Notes under the pieces: model-generated
The model's database searches: none
Seen by the model: the letters and a program-made list of their open reading frames with translations, nothing else
What the model was told of the DNA's origin: nothing
Part shown: one piece after another, positions 26,443-36,512 of the stretch
Position numbering within the stretch: position 1 is the stretch's first letter
Layout: each line of letters begins with the position of its first letter
Position numbers and translations under genes: made by a program
DNA from: a virus
Taxonomy: Duplodnaviria; Caudoviricetes
Length of the DNA stretch: 61,926 nucleotides
IMG/VR virus record: IMGVR_UViG_3300020042_007772
Location: 1-61,926 of that record
Direction: 5' to 3' (one strand)

Positions 26443-27048
26443 TTAAGAACTTTTCATTGAAGCAATTCCCATCCCCAGTTGTGCGCCTGAATTTACTGCA
26501 TTGTTAATGTTAGACCACATAGCATTTCGGTAAGCCGCAACATCGCTGTTGTACTGATTTTGAGCCAATGCTTTGTACTCGGCATCTTTGCTACGGAACT
26601 GACGGTTTGTGCCTTCATAGTTCTGTTGTTGCTGCAACCCTTGGTTTTCAAGTTGCATCTTCTGATCATCGGACATTCGCTTGCCTGATACCAACATTTG
26701 CTGAACTTGTTGAGGAGATGTGGCCGACTGAATGGCTTTGTTAAGAAAGCTTGACTCCCCTTGGTTAATCCGCCCCATACGAGCAGCGGCATTAGCTACT
26801 TGTCCAGAACGGGCTTTCATACCCGTTTCCTGAATGATGTCTTTTATTGGGGTAGGAGTGATATCAAGTACGCCTTGTTTTTTGCGGCGCTTGAGCATGA
26901 CAGCGTTCTGAATAGCACCAGCACTACTTCCCAATACACCTGCCGCACCAGCAATAACATTGTTTTTTCCGGACTCAGCAAGGTACTTGTCGTAGTCGCC
27001 TTCTGAACTAGTGGTCGGAGGTTGTATTTTATCTCGTTCTGTTGACAT
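26443..27048 (-). CDS. Probable internal virion/ejection protein
   Basis: Gly/Ala hydrophobic segments at both ends, Gln-rich coiled middle. Confidence 0.6.
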   Translation of the reverse strand: MSTERDKIQPPTTSSEGDYDKYLAESGKNNVIAGAAGVLGSSAGAIQNAVMLKRRKKQGVLDITPTPIKDIIQETGMKARSGQVANAAARMGRINQGESSFLNKAIQSATSPQQVQQMLVSGKRMSDDQKMQLENQGLQQQQNYEGTNRQFRSKDAEYKALAQNQYNSDVAAYRNAMWSNINNAVNSGAQLGMGIASMKSS

Positions 27049-30000
27049 TACTGTACTATTGATAAATTTCCTGAAATTTCGACAAAGTTAATCTTTTTTT
27101 GGTTTGACGCATCGATTTCAAAGACGGCTGTTAAAACCTTACTTTCCATCAATTCCCCATCCCATTTATCACCTCCATTGCTTGTATCATTCTTAATTGA
27201 TGCGTAATAATAACCCTTTCTATCGATAAATTCCGCAAGTTGTATGTCGGTGGTCTGTCCTTGGTCAGTCGCTAATTGAACCGGTCCAATCAAATCGCCA
27301 TCAATCCCAACCATGTTCCAGGTTTTTAATTGCCCTACTTCCTGATTGGCAATGATGGTCAACTGGCTGTCAAATGGATCACCATAGAACACGTTTGTGC
27401 CGTTGTTGTACTCGTGGGTATATAAATTTCCGTTCTTAAAACTTACCATCGTAAGTTGTTGGTAGTTCCAGAACCGGTCAACATTCTGCCACGTTCTTTT
27501 GCCTTGATATGATTTTTGTGGCTCATTCCAAGCCAACCCATTTCCGCCGCCACCAGAAAAAACTATTTCTTCATAGTAAGGATCAAAGCCAATAGCAGAA
27601 AGTTCTGGTGAAATATGATCACGGATGGCAATGTAAAACCCATGTGTACTACCAAGAGGAGTAAGCCCATCGCCCGAATACCGAATCAAATCAAGAAACT
27701 GATTACTATATGCATACCCAGACCCAATTTTAGATGGCACTAGATGCTTCAAAAACATAGACCCAAAAGCCCCAACCAATGTCCTGGTTGTTCCTAAGAC
27801 ACGACTCGTATCTATAAAGAGAGAATTACCAGCCGTATCCACGGTTTGCGCTTGTGAAAGGTAATTGGAGGCTACCCCATTGTAACACCATGCCAACAAG
27901 ACTGTGTTACTCACTTGCGGCCCAAATGCTAGCATCAGTCCATTAATGGCTCCTAGTTCAATAGGCATGGATGCCTCATTTAGGGCGCTGGCTAAAGACA
28001 AGTTGTTTAGCTGCGTTCCAAGCACATACGTCCCAGACCAACGAATGTAGCCAGACTTGCGTATTTGCCGCTCATCGGGAATAATTGTGTTGACCGACCC
28101 TTGATTGTAATCCCAATACTGGCTAAATGGATTGATTAAACTTTGGGAGATAGACACCATTTGAGTGGTAAATGGGACGGCTGTAAATAACGGTCCTTGG
28201 AGTAAATCAAAATTGCCTGTATTAGGAGTTTCTGTATCAAGTGCATACATATTACTCAAAATGCCGCCCTCAAAACTTCGTTCTTGTTTTTTGACAAAGC
28301 AGTCGCCGGTAATGGTCACAGTTGACCCAACCACATCTTCGGCTAGAAATTGTCCTTGCGATGTTGTGTAAAATAGGTCTGATACCCCACTTGCAAAAGT
28401 TACTACCTCAATGTACCAGGACGAACTTTGATATGGATATTGGTTAGGCGCCAAAGTATCAAAAATAGTCCCAAACATATCAAACTGCTCCACGGTTGTT
28501 TCGCATAAAACTTTACTTCCCAACACTCCAACAACCTTAAAATAAACAGGAAATGGCGTGGCATATGCTGGGTCGTTAAGGTTTAGACTGCTATTAATTC
28601 TAGAAAAAATGCCGGATCCGCCAGAAACATTCCGAACATTGACTCCTAATATTCGAACGTAAGTTTCGTTTTCAGTTGAAAAGTTAAGCCCTTCACCAGA
28701 CCGAAGTTCAAATGCGATTCCTCTATAAACGCCCTTTTTGTTAGGATCAGGTGCTTGAGACATAATAGATGTTAGCCAACCACTACCAAACACATCAGTG
28801 CTATTGGCGCTAGCCCATTGCCAAAGCAGAGCCTGGGTTCGGAAGAACGATGAAATACTTCTGTTACGGGTCACTTGCACTTCTACCGTAGCACACCAAC
28901 TTGGTAACGTACCGGTGAAAGCTAGGCTTAATCGCCGAGAACCATATAGCGTATCGTTGGTAAAAAATGGAGCAACCGTGCTATCAAATGCAGAAACAAA
29001 TGTTTTGTTTGTTCCAGTATCATATTGAGCGGTAGACCTATATTCCTTAAAGTTTTCCACTCCAATACGACGACCCCAAAGGTCAATGAGTGTGACACCA
29101 ATTTTATAAGTTGTTTCCGGATGGAATGTAACATAGCTTGGAGCATCTGTTACTTCCGTTATGGTAAAATCCAAATCACCCCAAGCATCGTATCCTTCCA
29201 AATAGTTGGCATCAAAAAGTCGGTTCTGAGATAAAGCCGTATCCCTAATCAGAAGCGGTGTTGACTCAAATACTTGCGCTCCAATGTCAAAAATAGGTGC
29301 AGAACCTACTACATTGTTTTGATTTGGTACGTTTATTAAAAGTGTCGAAAACCCTAAAGAAGTATTGTAATTGCTATTTGGAAGCGTCTTGTATAACTGC
29401 CATCCAAGTTCAGTATTGCCTACCCGAAAGTAAAAGTTAACTGCTTTAATCCGGTTGCCTAACTGAAGAAAGTTTTCTGCTTCGTATTGCGGCACATATA
29501 AATCCACATTTACCGACCAGATAACAGGGCTATAAGGCGAAAGGCGGCTTTCGGTATTATCATCCCTGACATAGCTGTAAGCCCACTGGTTGCCTCGTAG
29601 CGGTACGTTCGGAAATGCAGTGGCACTGTTGTTTTTTAGATCGGTTGGAGTGTTGCCTACACTGTATTGGCCTCCCAACTCAAACGCTGGCTTTCTCCAA
29701 ATGCGGCTAATCTCCCAGTCCAAAAGCATAGTATTGGTATAAAACCCATCTACACTTTTTTTCCAGTCTACAACCTTGGGAAAGTTGTATTCATCCTGCC
29801 AATAAACAAGACCATCAATTTCTTTGATTGAAACAGAATAATCAACCACATAGTCTACCTCGTCTGGAAAGCAATCTTGCTTGAAATTGAGCGTAGATGT
29901 TTGATAGAATACCTGTTGTACTGTGTCGGTATATACCCAAAGACCGTGATCACCGTTTTCATTCCACAAAGCGTAGATAATGCCAGAGTTGTCCAATAAA

Positions 30001-30197
30001 TTCCATACTCCCACACAACAAGTCAACCCGGCAAGCCCATGTGCCTGGACTAATGTATTTCCGGCACACGTCTGAACCCCTAACTGGTTGTCGTCAGGCA
30101 CTTCCATGAGCCTCATATTGATTGCATCACGGGCCATCTCTGCCGTTATATTACGGTTTGAGATGTCGGTATTTACTCGTTGTGGTCTGAATTTCAT
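27048..30197 (-). CDS. Tail muzzle/stabilisation protein (beta-rich, crAss-like)
   Basis: RDAINMR...GN, YWQDEYNFPK, AYSYVRDDNTES.LSPYS, NRLFDANYLEGYD, GFDPYYEE, SFKNGNLY.H...FYG. Confidence 0.8.
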   Translation of the reverse strand: MKFRPQRVNTDISNRNITAEMARDAINMRLMEVPDDNQLGVQTCAGNTLVQAHGLAGLTCCVGVWNLLDNSGIIYALWNENGDHGLWVYTDTVQQVFYQTSTLNFKQDCFPDEVDYVVDYSVSIKEIDGLVYWQDEYNFPKVVDWKKSVDGFYTNTMLLDWEISRIWRKPAFELGGQYSVGNTPTDLKNNSATAFPNVPLRGNQWAYSYVRDDNTESRLSPYSPVIWSVNVDLYVPQYEAENFLQLGNRIKAVNFYFRVGNTELGWQLYKTLPNSNYNTSLGFSTLLINVPNQNNVVGSAPIFDIGAQVFESTPLLIRDTALSQNRLFDANYLEGYDAWGDLDFTITEVTDAPSYVTFHPETTYKIGVTLIDLWGRRIGVENFKEYRSTAQYDTGTNKTFVSAFDSTVAPFFTNDTLYGSRRLSLAFTGTLPSWCATVEVQVTRNRSISSFFRTQALLWQWASANSTDVFGSGWLTSIMSQAPDPNKKGVYRGIAFELRSGEGLNFSTENETYVRILGVNVRNVSGGSGIFSRINSSLNLNDPAYATPFPVYFKVVGVLGSKVLCETTVEQFDMFGTIFDTLAPNQYPYQSSSWYIEVVTFASGVSDLFYTTSQGQFLAEDVVGSTVTITGDCFVKKQERSFEGGILSNMYALDTETPNTGNFDLLQGPLFTAVPFTTQMVSISQSLINPFSQYWDYNQGSVNTIIPDERQIRKSGYIRWSGTYVLGTQLNNLSLASALNEASMPIELGAINGLMLAFGPQVSNTVLLAWCYNGVASNYLSQAQTVDTAGNSLFIDTSRVLGTTRTLVGAFGSMFLKHLVPSKIGSGYAYSNQFLDLIRYSGDGLTPLGSTHGFYIAIRDHISPELSAIGFDPYYEEIVFSGGGGNGLAWNEPQKSYQGKRTWQNVDRFWNYQQLTMVSFKNGNLYTHEYNNGTNVFYGDPFDSQLTIIANQEVGQLKTWNMVGIDGDLIGPVQLATDQGQTTDIQLAEFIDRKGYYYASIKNDTSNGGDKWDGELMESKVLTAVFEIDASNQKKINFVEISGNLSIVQ

Positions 30198-33100
30198 TTG
30201 ATTGTTGCTTTTCCTGCTGCTGAAGCACGTTTCTTAACTCCATTTAACCAACGGTCAAATTCTTGGTCATTCATTTCTACTAATGGCTTTACAATAACGG
30301 CACCTTTTTTAGATAAAACCGGATTAAAGTACCTGTCTTCCATCTCGGTACGAATGTACTCCCCACGAGTCTTGGCGTATTGGTAATACTGCTCCGGAGT
30401 AACACCATGCTCGACATTATTATCATCAACGTATGTTATGCCGTTTATAGGCTTTGGCGTAACAATTTGGTTGTGCTTTGTAATTATCTCCCATAGTTCT
30501 GGATATTTGGAATTGGAATCAAATACCATAAAATCTGTATTTTTTGGAAGTTCTTCCCCAAGCCCATTCACTTTGTTTTGCAGGTAATCTTGTGCAACTG
30601 GCATATGTTGAGCCAGTTTGCCCCAAAACTTCTGATTGACCTCTTTTTCCGGCATCTCCATTGCCTCTTCCATTTTGTCAAAGAACTGTGAATACAAATT
30701 TGTACCCACAATAGGAACCATTGTTGTACCGGTTTTAGTAAGCCATGATGCTACGTTTGGCCCAACTTCTGCTGTTGAGTTTGCATCCAATGTTGATTGT
30801 AGAAAACCTGCCGTGCTTTCAATATAACCAGAAGTTTTCACAGCAGTTTGCAATGCGGATCCAAAAGCAAAACTCCACTTATCCAATGTTTGCTCATCAA
30901 CCTTTTGTTTCTTATATCGTTCCCAATCACGAAGCGCACCAACAGATGCTAGCAGAAGAACAAACGGAGTGTATTGATATGAAATCCATCTATCACCAAT
31001 TTTAATACTCATTGGCTTCCATCCAGAAGCTTCAAGGTCTTTGTTCTTAGCGTAGTTGTTATAACCATTGGCTGTAATCTGAATGATTGGCTCCTCATCA
31101 TCATCACCAGGTTGAGAGAGAATGTAGGCCATTATACCAACAGAAGTTCCCAAAGTAGCTTTTATGTAATTGTCTACCTTTTCGTCTTTTGTCATTCCAA
31201 TATCTCCAAATCTAGCAGACCCTCCTCTTGCGGCACGTACAGCGCCAACCGGTGTAAAGTCAATTAGCATATTGGCAACATTGGTTACTACGTTCACGAA
31301 TTTAGCAATATACCGTGCTTCCGGCATTTTTTTGATAACGGAATTTACCGCTTGCGCCCCAACACCTAACACCCCAGTTGGAGGATTAGTAAATGTCATT
31401 TTTTCGGCAAAATTATGAGCAACATCTTTTACATCGACATTCCTAGTTTCGTCCATTATTTCATAGAACCGGCGCTTCATATCATTCTTTGCCTGGTCTA
31501 TTATATCGTGTTCATCAAAGTAGATTTTATCTATTTGTGCTTTTGTTGGATTCACCAATTCGCTTATTTTCTTTTCAGAATCAGCTTTTGCTTTTGCTAC
31601 TATATCATCATATTCTTGCTGAGACTCAACCCTTGCAAGAATAATGGAATCATCGTTTCGTCCAAAAAGAGCCAACGCTTCATCCATTGTTTTGCTATTG
31701 GTCACCGCATATTGCCATGCCTTGATTTCTTGAGTAGGCATGAATGTCAACACGTCCGCTGCGGTCATTACCCGGCTAACGTATTTGTACGCATTGTAAG
31801 GATTGTTTTTTCCCCAAAACTTTATTCGTTCCAAAATGCCAGGAATCTGCGCCTTGTTTTTAATTGGCGAATACCCTGTCATAAGTGTTGCCTCTGCTTC
31901 TAACTCTCCTCTTACAAATCCTTGGTAAATCGATTTGAAAAACATTGGAAGAGCCTTTGGATTTCGCAACGCAATTCGACTAGCAAGTATTGGTATCATC
32001 ACCAATAGCGTTGTGGTATTTTGAACAATGTTCTTTAGTTGAGTAGTTGGGCCAGAAAGCAATGCTGATAAGTGTATGGCAACGCCTACATCAAACCAGT
32101 CGATGCCTTTTATTTGGGCTTGGAATTTCAATAGGTCTTCTACAGCCCTTTTCTTAAACAACCCCTCTTTTGCATTTTGAACCTTCTCGGCTAGTTCTAC
32201 AATTTTCTTAGCATCGGCTTCTGATAGTTCTGGGAAGCCCATTGCCAGAGCGTAAGCATCACGGAATGCATCATCGGTGAAAGCACCCATGTTTGACAAT
32301 TCGATTAGCTTGTCTTGCAGTGTTTTGATTTTAGCAAACCGTTTTTTAAATGGGCCGTACATCTTGGCAAAAGCTTTTAGCTTCTTTTCGGTTGCCAGCT
32401 TATTGAATTCAGTTTCTACGGCTTTAGCAATTATGGCGGCATCTTGCGGTGATAACCCGGCTTTTTCAATCAGCTTGTCGGTTAGCGTTTGCTTTGCGGC
32501 ATCGGCTACGGTGTAGTGCGACCGGATGATGTCATTAATGTTAAGGCCATTTTCACGCATAATAGCCTTAATATCATTCTCTACCTGGCCAGCAAAGTAG
32601 TCGGCAATTTCCTTATCGGTAGAGTAACCAGTGCCGCCAAGTTGAGTTTGAGCAGCTTTGTAAGCACCACGCAAGTGAGGTTTAACTTTGCGACCAAAAT
32701 CCTCAATCATGCGTTTTGAGAAATCAGCAAAAGACCGTGCGCCTGCTTCCATGTGGTAAGCGGCAACAAGAACTAGGTCTGGTGATATGCCTGAAAAGGC
32801 AAAACGGCGAAGTGCTGCTTTTGCTTTTTCGTATAGTGATTTGGTTACAATGGTATTCTTTTCCCCGTATGAAGACGGTCGTTTTACCGTTGGGGCAATA
32901 TCCTCTACCTTATCAGCAAGCTTATCCAAGGTTTCGTTAATAGCCTCCTCATTGGCATCTTTAACGGCTTTGAGTCCTTTCTTTATTTGCGTATCGTGTT
33001 GGGCAAATTTCTTGTCACGTTGTTTGGAAACTTCACGTTTGGCATACATTAATTGCCCTTCTGGCGTGAGGAATTCAAACATTGATAACGCTTGAATTCC

Positions 33101-33868
33101 TTGTCCCCAATCAGTTGCTATTTCAGCAATCCCTTCAGCAATGTCAACGGCATCTTTTATTCGACCAGCTTTATTGTAAGCCTTTATGAGCATCTGAGCC
33201 ATAGTGGTTCGGAATGCCCCAGGCATTTGGCTTGTTTGACTTAATACTAATTTATGTGCTTCATCCAATCCCATAGCGTCAATTAACGCTTTGGATTCTT
33301 GTGCAGATATTTTGTTTGGTAGGACTTTATAATTAACCCGGTCTGGATGAAATGCAGCCTTGGTTTCGTCTGAAATGTCGGTTGCGTTTCTGATGGAAGT
33401 TATTGTCTTCCGTTCTCTTATTTCGCCTTCGGCTTCAACCGCTACTAGCCTAGAAGGCTCAATCCCTTTCTTTCGTTCTAGTTCGGCTTCTTCTGCTTTT
33501 CTTTCAAAACCTGCTTGCACCTCGGCCATTTTTGCTTCTACCTCGGCCTTGTTCTCACCGGCATCCACCATTTCTTTAATGGCAGCACGTATAGCTTGGT
33601 CGATAGACTTGCCTAATTTTATAGCAGCTATGATTCCCTGAAGGGCTTTGCGGTAAATTTCGGCATTCAACCCAACAACATTATCTCCAAGTTCGCCCAA
33701 AAGCCCTTCAAAGTAATCTATGGCTATGTCTGCCATTGCCTTTGGAGCGGTTTTCATCTCCATAAATTCGGGATTATCGACGAGAAACTGTAAAGCCTCA
33801 TCATAACCCCCAATCAAGACGGGCTTGCCAGAAGTAAGATCAAAGAACTTGCAGGGCTTGACACTCAT
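30194..33868 (-). CDS. Large helical internal/ejection (polyvalent-type) protein, 1224 aa
   Basis: LLSGPTTQLKN, GWKPMSIKIGDRWISY and weakly hydrophobic helices like C-terminal regions of large polyvalent phage proteins. Confidence 0.7.
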   Translation of the reverse strand: MSVKPCKFFDLTSGKPVLIGGYDEALQFLVDNPEFMEMKTAPKAMADIAIDYFEGLLGELGDNVVGLNAEIYRKALQGIIAAIKLGKSIDQAIRAAIKEMVDAGENKAEVEAKMAEVQAGFERKAEEAELERKKGIEPSRLVAVEAEGEIRERKTITSIRNATDISDETKAAFHPDRVNYKVLPNKISAQESKALIDAMGLDEAHKLVLSQTSQMPGAFRTTMAQMLIKAYNKAGRIKDAVDIAEGIAEIATDWGQGIQALSMFEFLTPEGQLMYAKREVSKQRDKKFAQHDTQIKKGLKAVKDANEEAINETLDKLADKVEDIAPTVKRPSSYGEKNTIVTKSLYEKAKAALRRFAFSGISPDLVLVAAYHMEAGARSFADFSKRMIEDFGRKVKPHLRGAYKAAQTQLGGTGYSTDKEIADYFAGQVENDIKAIMRENGLNINDIIRSHYTVADAAKQTLTDKLIEKAGLSPQDAAIIAKAVETEFNKLATEKKLKAFAKMYGPFKKRFAKIKTLQDKLIELSNMGAFTDDAFRDAYALAMGFPELSEADAKKIVELAEKVQNAKEGLFKKRAVEDLLKFQAQIKGIDWFDVGVAIHLSALLSGPTTQLKNIVQNTTTLLVMIPILASRIALRNPKALPMFFKSIYQGFVRGELEAEATLMTGYSPIKNKAQIPGILERIKFWGKNNPYNAYKYVSRVMTAADVLTFMPTQEIKAWQYAVTNSKTMDEALALFGRNDDSIILARVESQQEYDDIVAKAKADSEKKISELVNPTKAQIDKIYFDEHDIIDQAKNDMKRRFYEIMDETRNVDVKDVAHNFAEKMTFTNPPTGVLGVGAQAVNSVIKKMPEARYIAKFVNVVTNVANMLIDFTPVGAVRAARGGSARFGDIGMTKDEKVDNYIKATLGTSVGIMAYILSQPGDDDEEPIIQITANGYNNYAKNKDLEASGWKPMSIKIGDRWISYQYTPFVLLLASVGALRDWERYKKQKVDEQTLDKWSFAFGSALQTAVKTSGYIESTAGFLQSTLDANSTAEVGPNVASWLTKTGTTMVPIVGTNLYSQFFDKMEEAMEMPEKEVNQKFWGKLAQHMPVAQDYLQNKVNGLGEELPKNTDFMVFDSNSKYPELWEIITKHNQIVTPKPINGITYVDDNNVEHGVTPEQYYQYAKTRGEYIRTEMEDRYFNPVLSKKGAVIVKPLVEMNDQEFDRWLNGVKKRASAAGKATIK

Positions 33869-33874
33869 GTTGTT

Positions 33875-34195
33875 TTATTTTCTTTGGAATTTAACTGCTT
33901 TTGATGCCACACTTTTCTTGCCCACACAACCCCACGCCTTTCTGCTTAAATCGTTTGCACAAGGTGGGTTAGCACATTTCTTAATGCCACTACTTCTAGC
34001 GCAGTAGTTGTCACCCTTTGGTGTTCCAGGAGATATGCTATACCCTTTAGCCCCGAATGAACGAGTCTTACCATTTATGGTTGCCGTATATTTCTTTGCA
34101 GGACTCTTTATCACAACCCCGTTCTTGGCTTTTTGGGAGCCAATTTGGTTCTGCATAGCTTTTAGTGAAGCCATAATCATGGGATTGATATTCAT
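33875..34195 (-). CDS. Small basic Cys-containing phage protein (SFG...YCARS...W.C module, DUF6321-like)
   Basis: KTRSFGAKG...NYCARSSGI...SRKAWGC; N-terminal leader ending KAKNG. Confidence 0.7.
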   Translation of the reverse strand: MNINPMIMASLKAMQNQIGSQKAKNGVVIKSPAKKYTATINGKTRSFGAKGYSISPGTPKGDNYCARSSGIKKCANPPCANDLSRKAWGCVGKKSVASKAVKFQRK

Positions 34196-34201
34196 GCTGA
34201 T

Positions 34202-36511
34202 TTAGTTTTTGTAAAGTCTTGGAAGTAGTCTCATCAACAATGGTTGCTTACTCCATCCCCCTTGCCGTCTTGGCTTCATAAACTTTGGACCTTTTTTTGG
34301 TGCTGTTTTTTCAGCCGGAGTTTTTTCAGCCGGAGTTGTTTCACCAGTTGGTTTTTCTTCACCAGTTGGTTTGTTTTCAACTGTCGGCTTTTCCTCTACA
34401 TCTGGAGTAGGTTTTGTTTCAGGAGTTGGTTCTGGCTTTTCAACTAGTTTTGGCTTTGGCTTATATGAAGGGGGAACTGAATCAGGATAATCTCTATGCT
34501 TTAGTTCTTTTTCTTCTTCCGATGACTCACTCCACGGTTTTACGGCAATTGGATCGTATGATTTTAATTCAACTGTATCTAAAGACATTAAGCCTTGATC
34601 AGTATTTCTATTTTTATACTTTTTTTCAAATTGAGGTTGTATCCTTTTATCATATAAAGGCACAGGTGCTTCGGTATTTAAAACACCAGAAGAACTTTCC
34701 ATTTGATATAATTGATTATTGTTTTTGATTTTTCTGTATTTGTCTTTTATGTCTTTTGCATCAACTTGTGTTCCTGGACTTTTTCCTTTTGGCGTTGGTA
34801 TTATTATATCTTTTTTTGTAAGAAAGTTTTTATAATCTTTATCCAAATCTTTGCCAATATCTCCTTTGTATGGTTTTTGATTTTCTAAATCATATTTTTT
34901 TTCGTTAACATAAAAGTTATCAACCAAATTCTGTTGATTAAACACATCCAAACTATCCTGAGTTGTAGCCCTATTAGGATTTGGAGCCACCAATACTTTT
35001 TTTGTAGGGCCTGATGGAGTGGGAGTTGGTTTTTTCACCAAGGGCGCTATCTTCTTTCCATCCCCCGCCTTTTGGGTCATTGCTGACATTGGTTGTTTGG
35101 CCATAACAGGGACTTGCATATTTACCCTTGTATTATCAACAGGCATCTTAGGAACGGCTCTGTCAATTACAGAAGAATAAAAAGGACTCATGCCTTTTTT
35201 GATACGTTGCGTTGCGTGTTGATATGCTTTTTGTACAATGGCGTTGCCCATAGCATCCTTGCCTATTGGTAAATCCTTGTCTGCCTTTTGTAGCACATAC
35301 GCAATCTCCTCTTTGCTCAATCCTGGAACTAAAGTTGGAATGTCCATTTCCTTTCCCATTATAGGAACACCAACAGAATACTCAGTTACGTCTTTCCCAG
35401 ATGGTGATTTAAGCACCCCTAAAAAACCAACATCCTTCATTGTTCCATTTGGCCTGATCATATCTTTTCTCACCGGAGTTATAGGACGAACTTGAGGTGG
35501 TTTAATTGCGGTGGCATCCGGCCTAACAATTGTCGTATTTTTCAAATCTCTTTTAAAAGCAGGATTAGTCACTTGTTTAGTATTTGCCGACAGTCCTTGT
35601 CCTACTATTTGTCTTTTTAATTGACCAAACGCATCTCTTGCTTTTGGGTCTCTAAGATATGCCTCTTTTACGCTTTCAAAATATTTTGCATTTTTAAAAT
35701 CTTCTGGAGTTCCTTCAAACATTAAATTTCTAATTACTCCGTCTGTCCAGTTATCTATAAATGATTCTTTCCCATCTTGCTTGTCTTCATTTGACATTTC
35801 GTTCCATTCACCATCTATATCACCTTTAAAGTTTTTAATCAATGATTGCTTTAGTTGTTCCCTGCTTTTTGCATATTCTGGACTTGCGTCTTTCATCCCA
35901 TGAAGCATATCCAACATAATACTTTGTTCATTGTTGTCTTTTGGATTATACAAGATTCCATGAGTGCCTAATTTGGGATGCGCTGCTTTAAAATTATTAC
36001 CATAAGTAACAGTATCTTGAGTGGGAGAAAAATACTCAATACTACCAGCACCCGTGTTTTTTCTATTAAAGTTTGTATCTGCTTTTATGGTCGTTTCGCC
36101 AAGCTTTTTTAATCCCGGATATTTTGCGTAAAGTCTATTTAAATCAATATTTTTGTTCACCACAGGAGGAACTATCTTCACCCCGTCCTCGGCCTTGGCC
36201 GTCTTAGCCGCTTGCTTAAACTGGGCAGCCGTTGGCGCACCGGCCTCTCCGGGCTTACGCATACGCTCACCACTCCCTGCCGCTATTCGCTGCCGCTTGG
36301 CGTGGATGTTGGCGTACAGGCCGTCTCCTGCCTTTTGATTGTCGTGTTTGAACTCGGCAAGTGAGTTGACAAATTTGTCCACCATCTGGTGGTTTCCGGA
36401 ATTAATGTATCCTTTCACCATAGAAACTTTATCCTTTGGGATGACGGCCATAATACCGTTGGATGATTTGATGAGGATTTCTTTGCCCTCTACTTCGAGT
36501 TTACCAGCCAT
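34202..36511 (-). CDS. Mosaic Lys/Pro-rich protein built of modules separated by KA(G/E)DG
   Basis: ATG at 36511 lies 1 nt after the upstream stop; modules LEVEGKE..., GLYANIHAKR..., RPNGTMKDVGFLG... Confidence 0.8.
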   Translation of the reverse strand: MAGKLEVEGKEILIKSSNGIMAVIPKDKVSMVKGYINSGNHQMVDKFVNSLAEFKHDNQKAGDGLYANIHAKRQRIAAGSGERMRKPGEAGAPTAAQFKQAAKTAKAEDGVKIVPPVVNKNIDLNRLYAKYPGLKKLGETTIKADTNFNRKNTGAGSIEYFSPTQDTVTYGNNFKAAHPKLGTHGILYNPKDNNEQSIMLDMLHGMKDASPEYAKSREQLKQSLIKNFKGDIDGEWNEMSNEDKQDGKESFIDNWTDGVIRNLMFEGTPEDFKNAKYFESVKEAYLRDPKARDAFGQLKRQIVGQGLSANTKQVTNPAFKRDLKNTTIVRPDATAIKPPQVRPITPVRKDMIRPNGTMKDVGFLGVLKSPSGKDVTEYSVGVPIMGKEMDIPTLVPGLSKEEIAYVLQKADKDLPIGKDAMGNAIVQKAYQHATQRIKKGMSPFYSSVIDRAVPKMPVDNTRVNMQVPVMAKQPMSAMTQKAGDGKKIAPLVKKPTPTPSGPTKKVLVAPNPNRATTQDSLDVFNQQNLVDNFYVNEKKYDLENQKPYKGDIGKDLDKDYKNFLTKKDIIIPTPKGKSPGTQVDAKDIKDKYRKIKNNNQLYQMESSSGVLNTEAPVPLYDKRIQPQFEKKYKNRNTDQGLMSLDTVELKSYDPIAVKPWSESSEEEKELKHRDYPDSVPPSYKPKPKLVEKPEPTPETKPTPDVEEKPTVENKPTGEEKPTGETTPAEKTPAEKTAPKKGPKFMKPRRQGGWSKQPLLMRLLPRLYKN

Positions 36512-36512
36512 A

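Noticed and set aside
26960-26985. AESG in 26443-27048 as another KAxDG-type motif
   Set aside because: Only a partial match, lacking the preceding Lys and the D/N; could be chance
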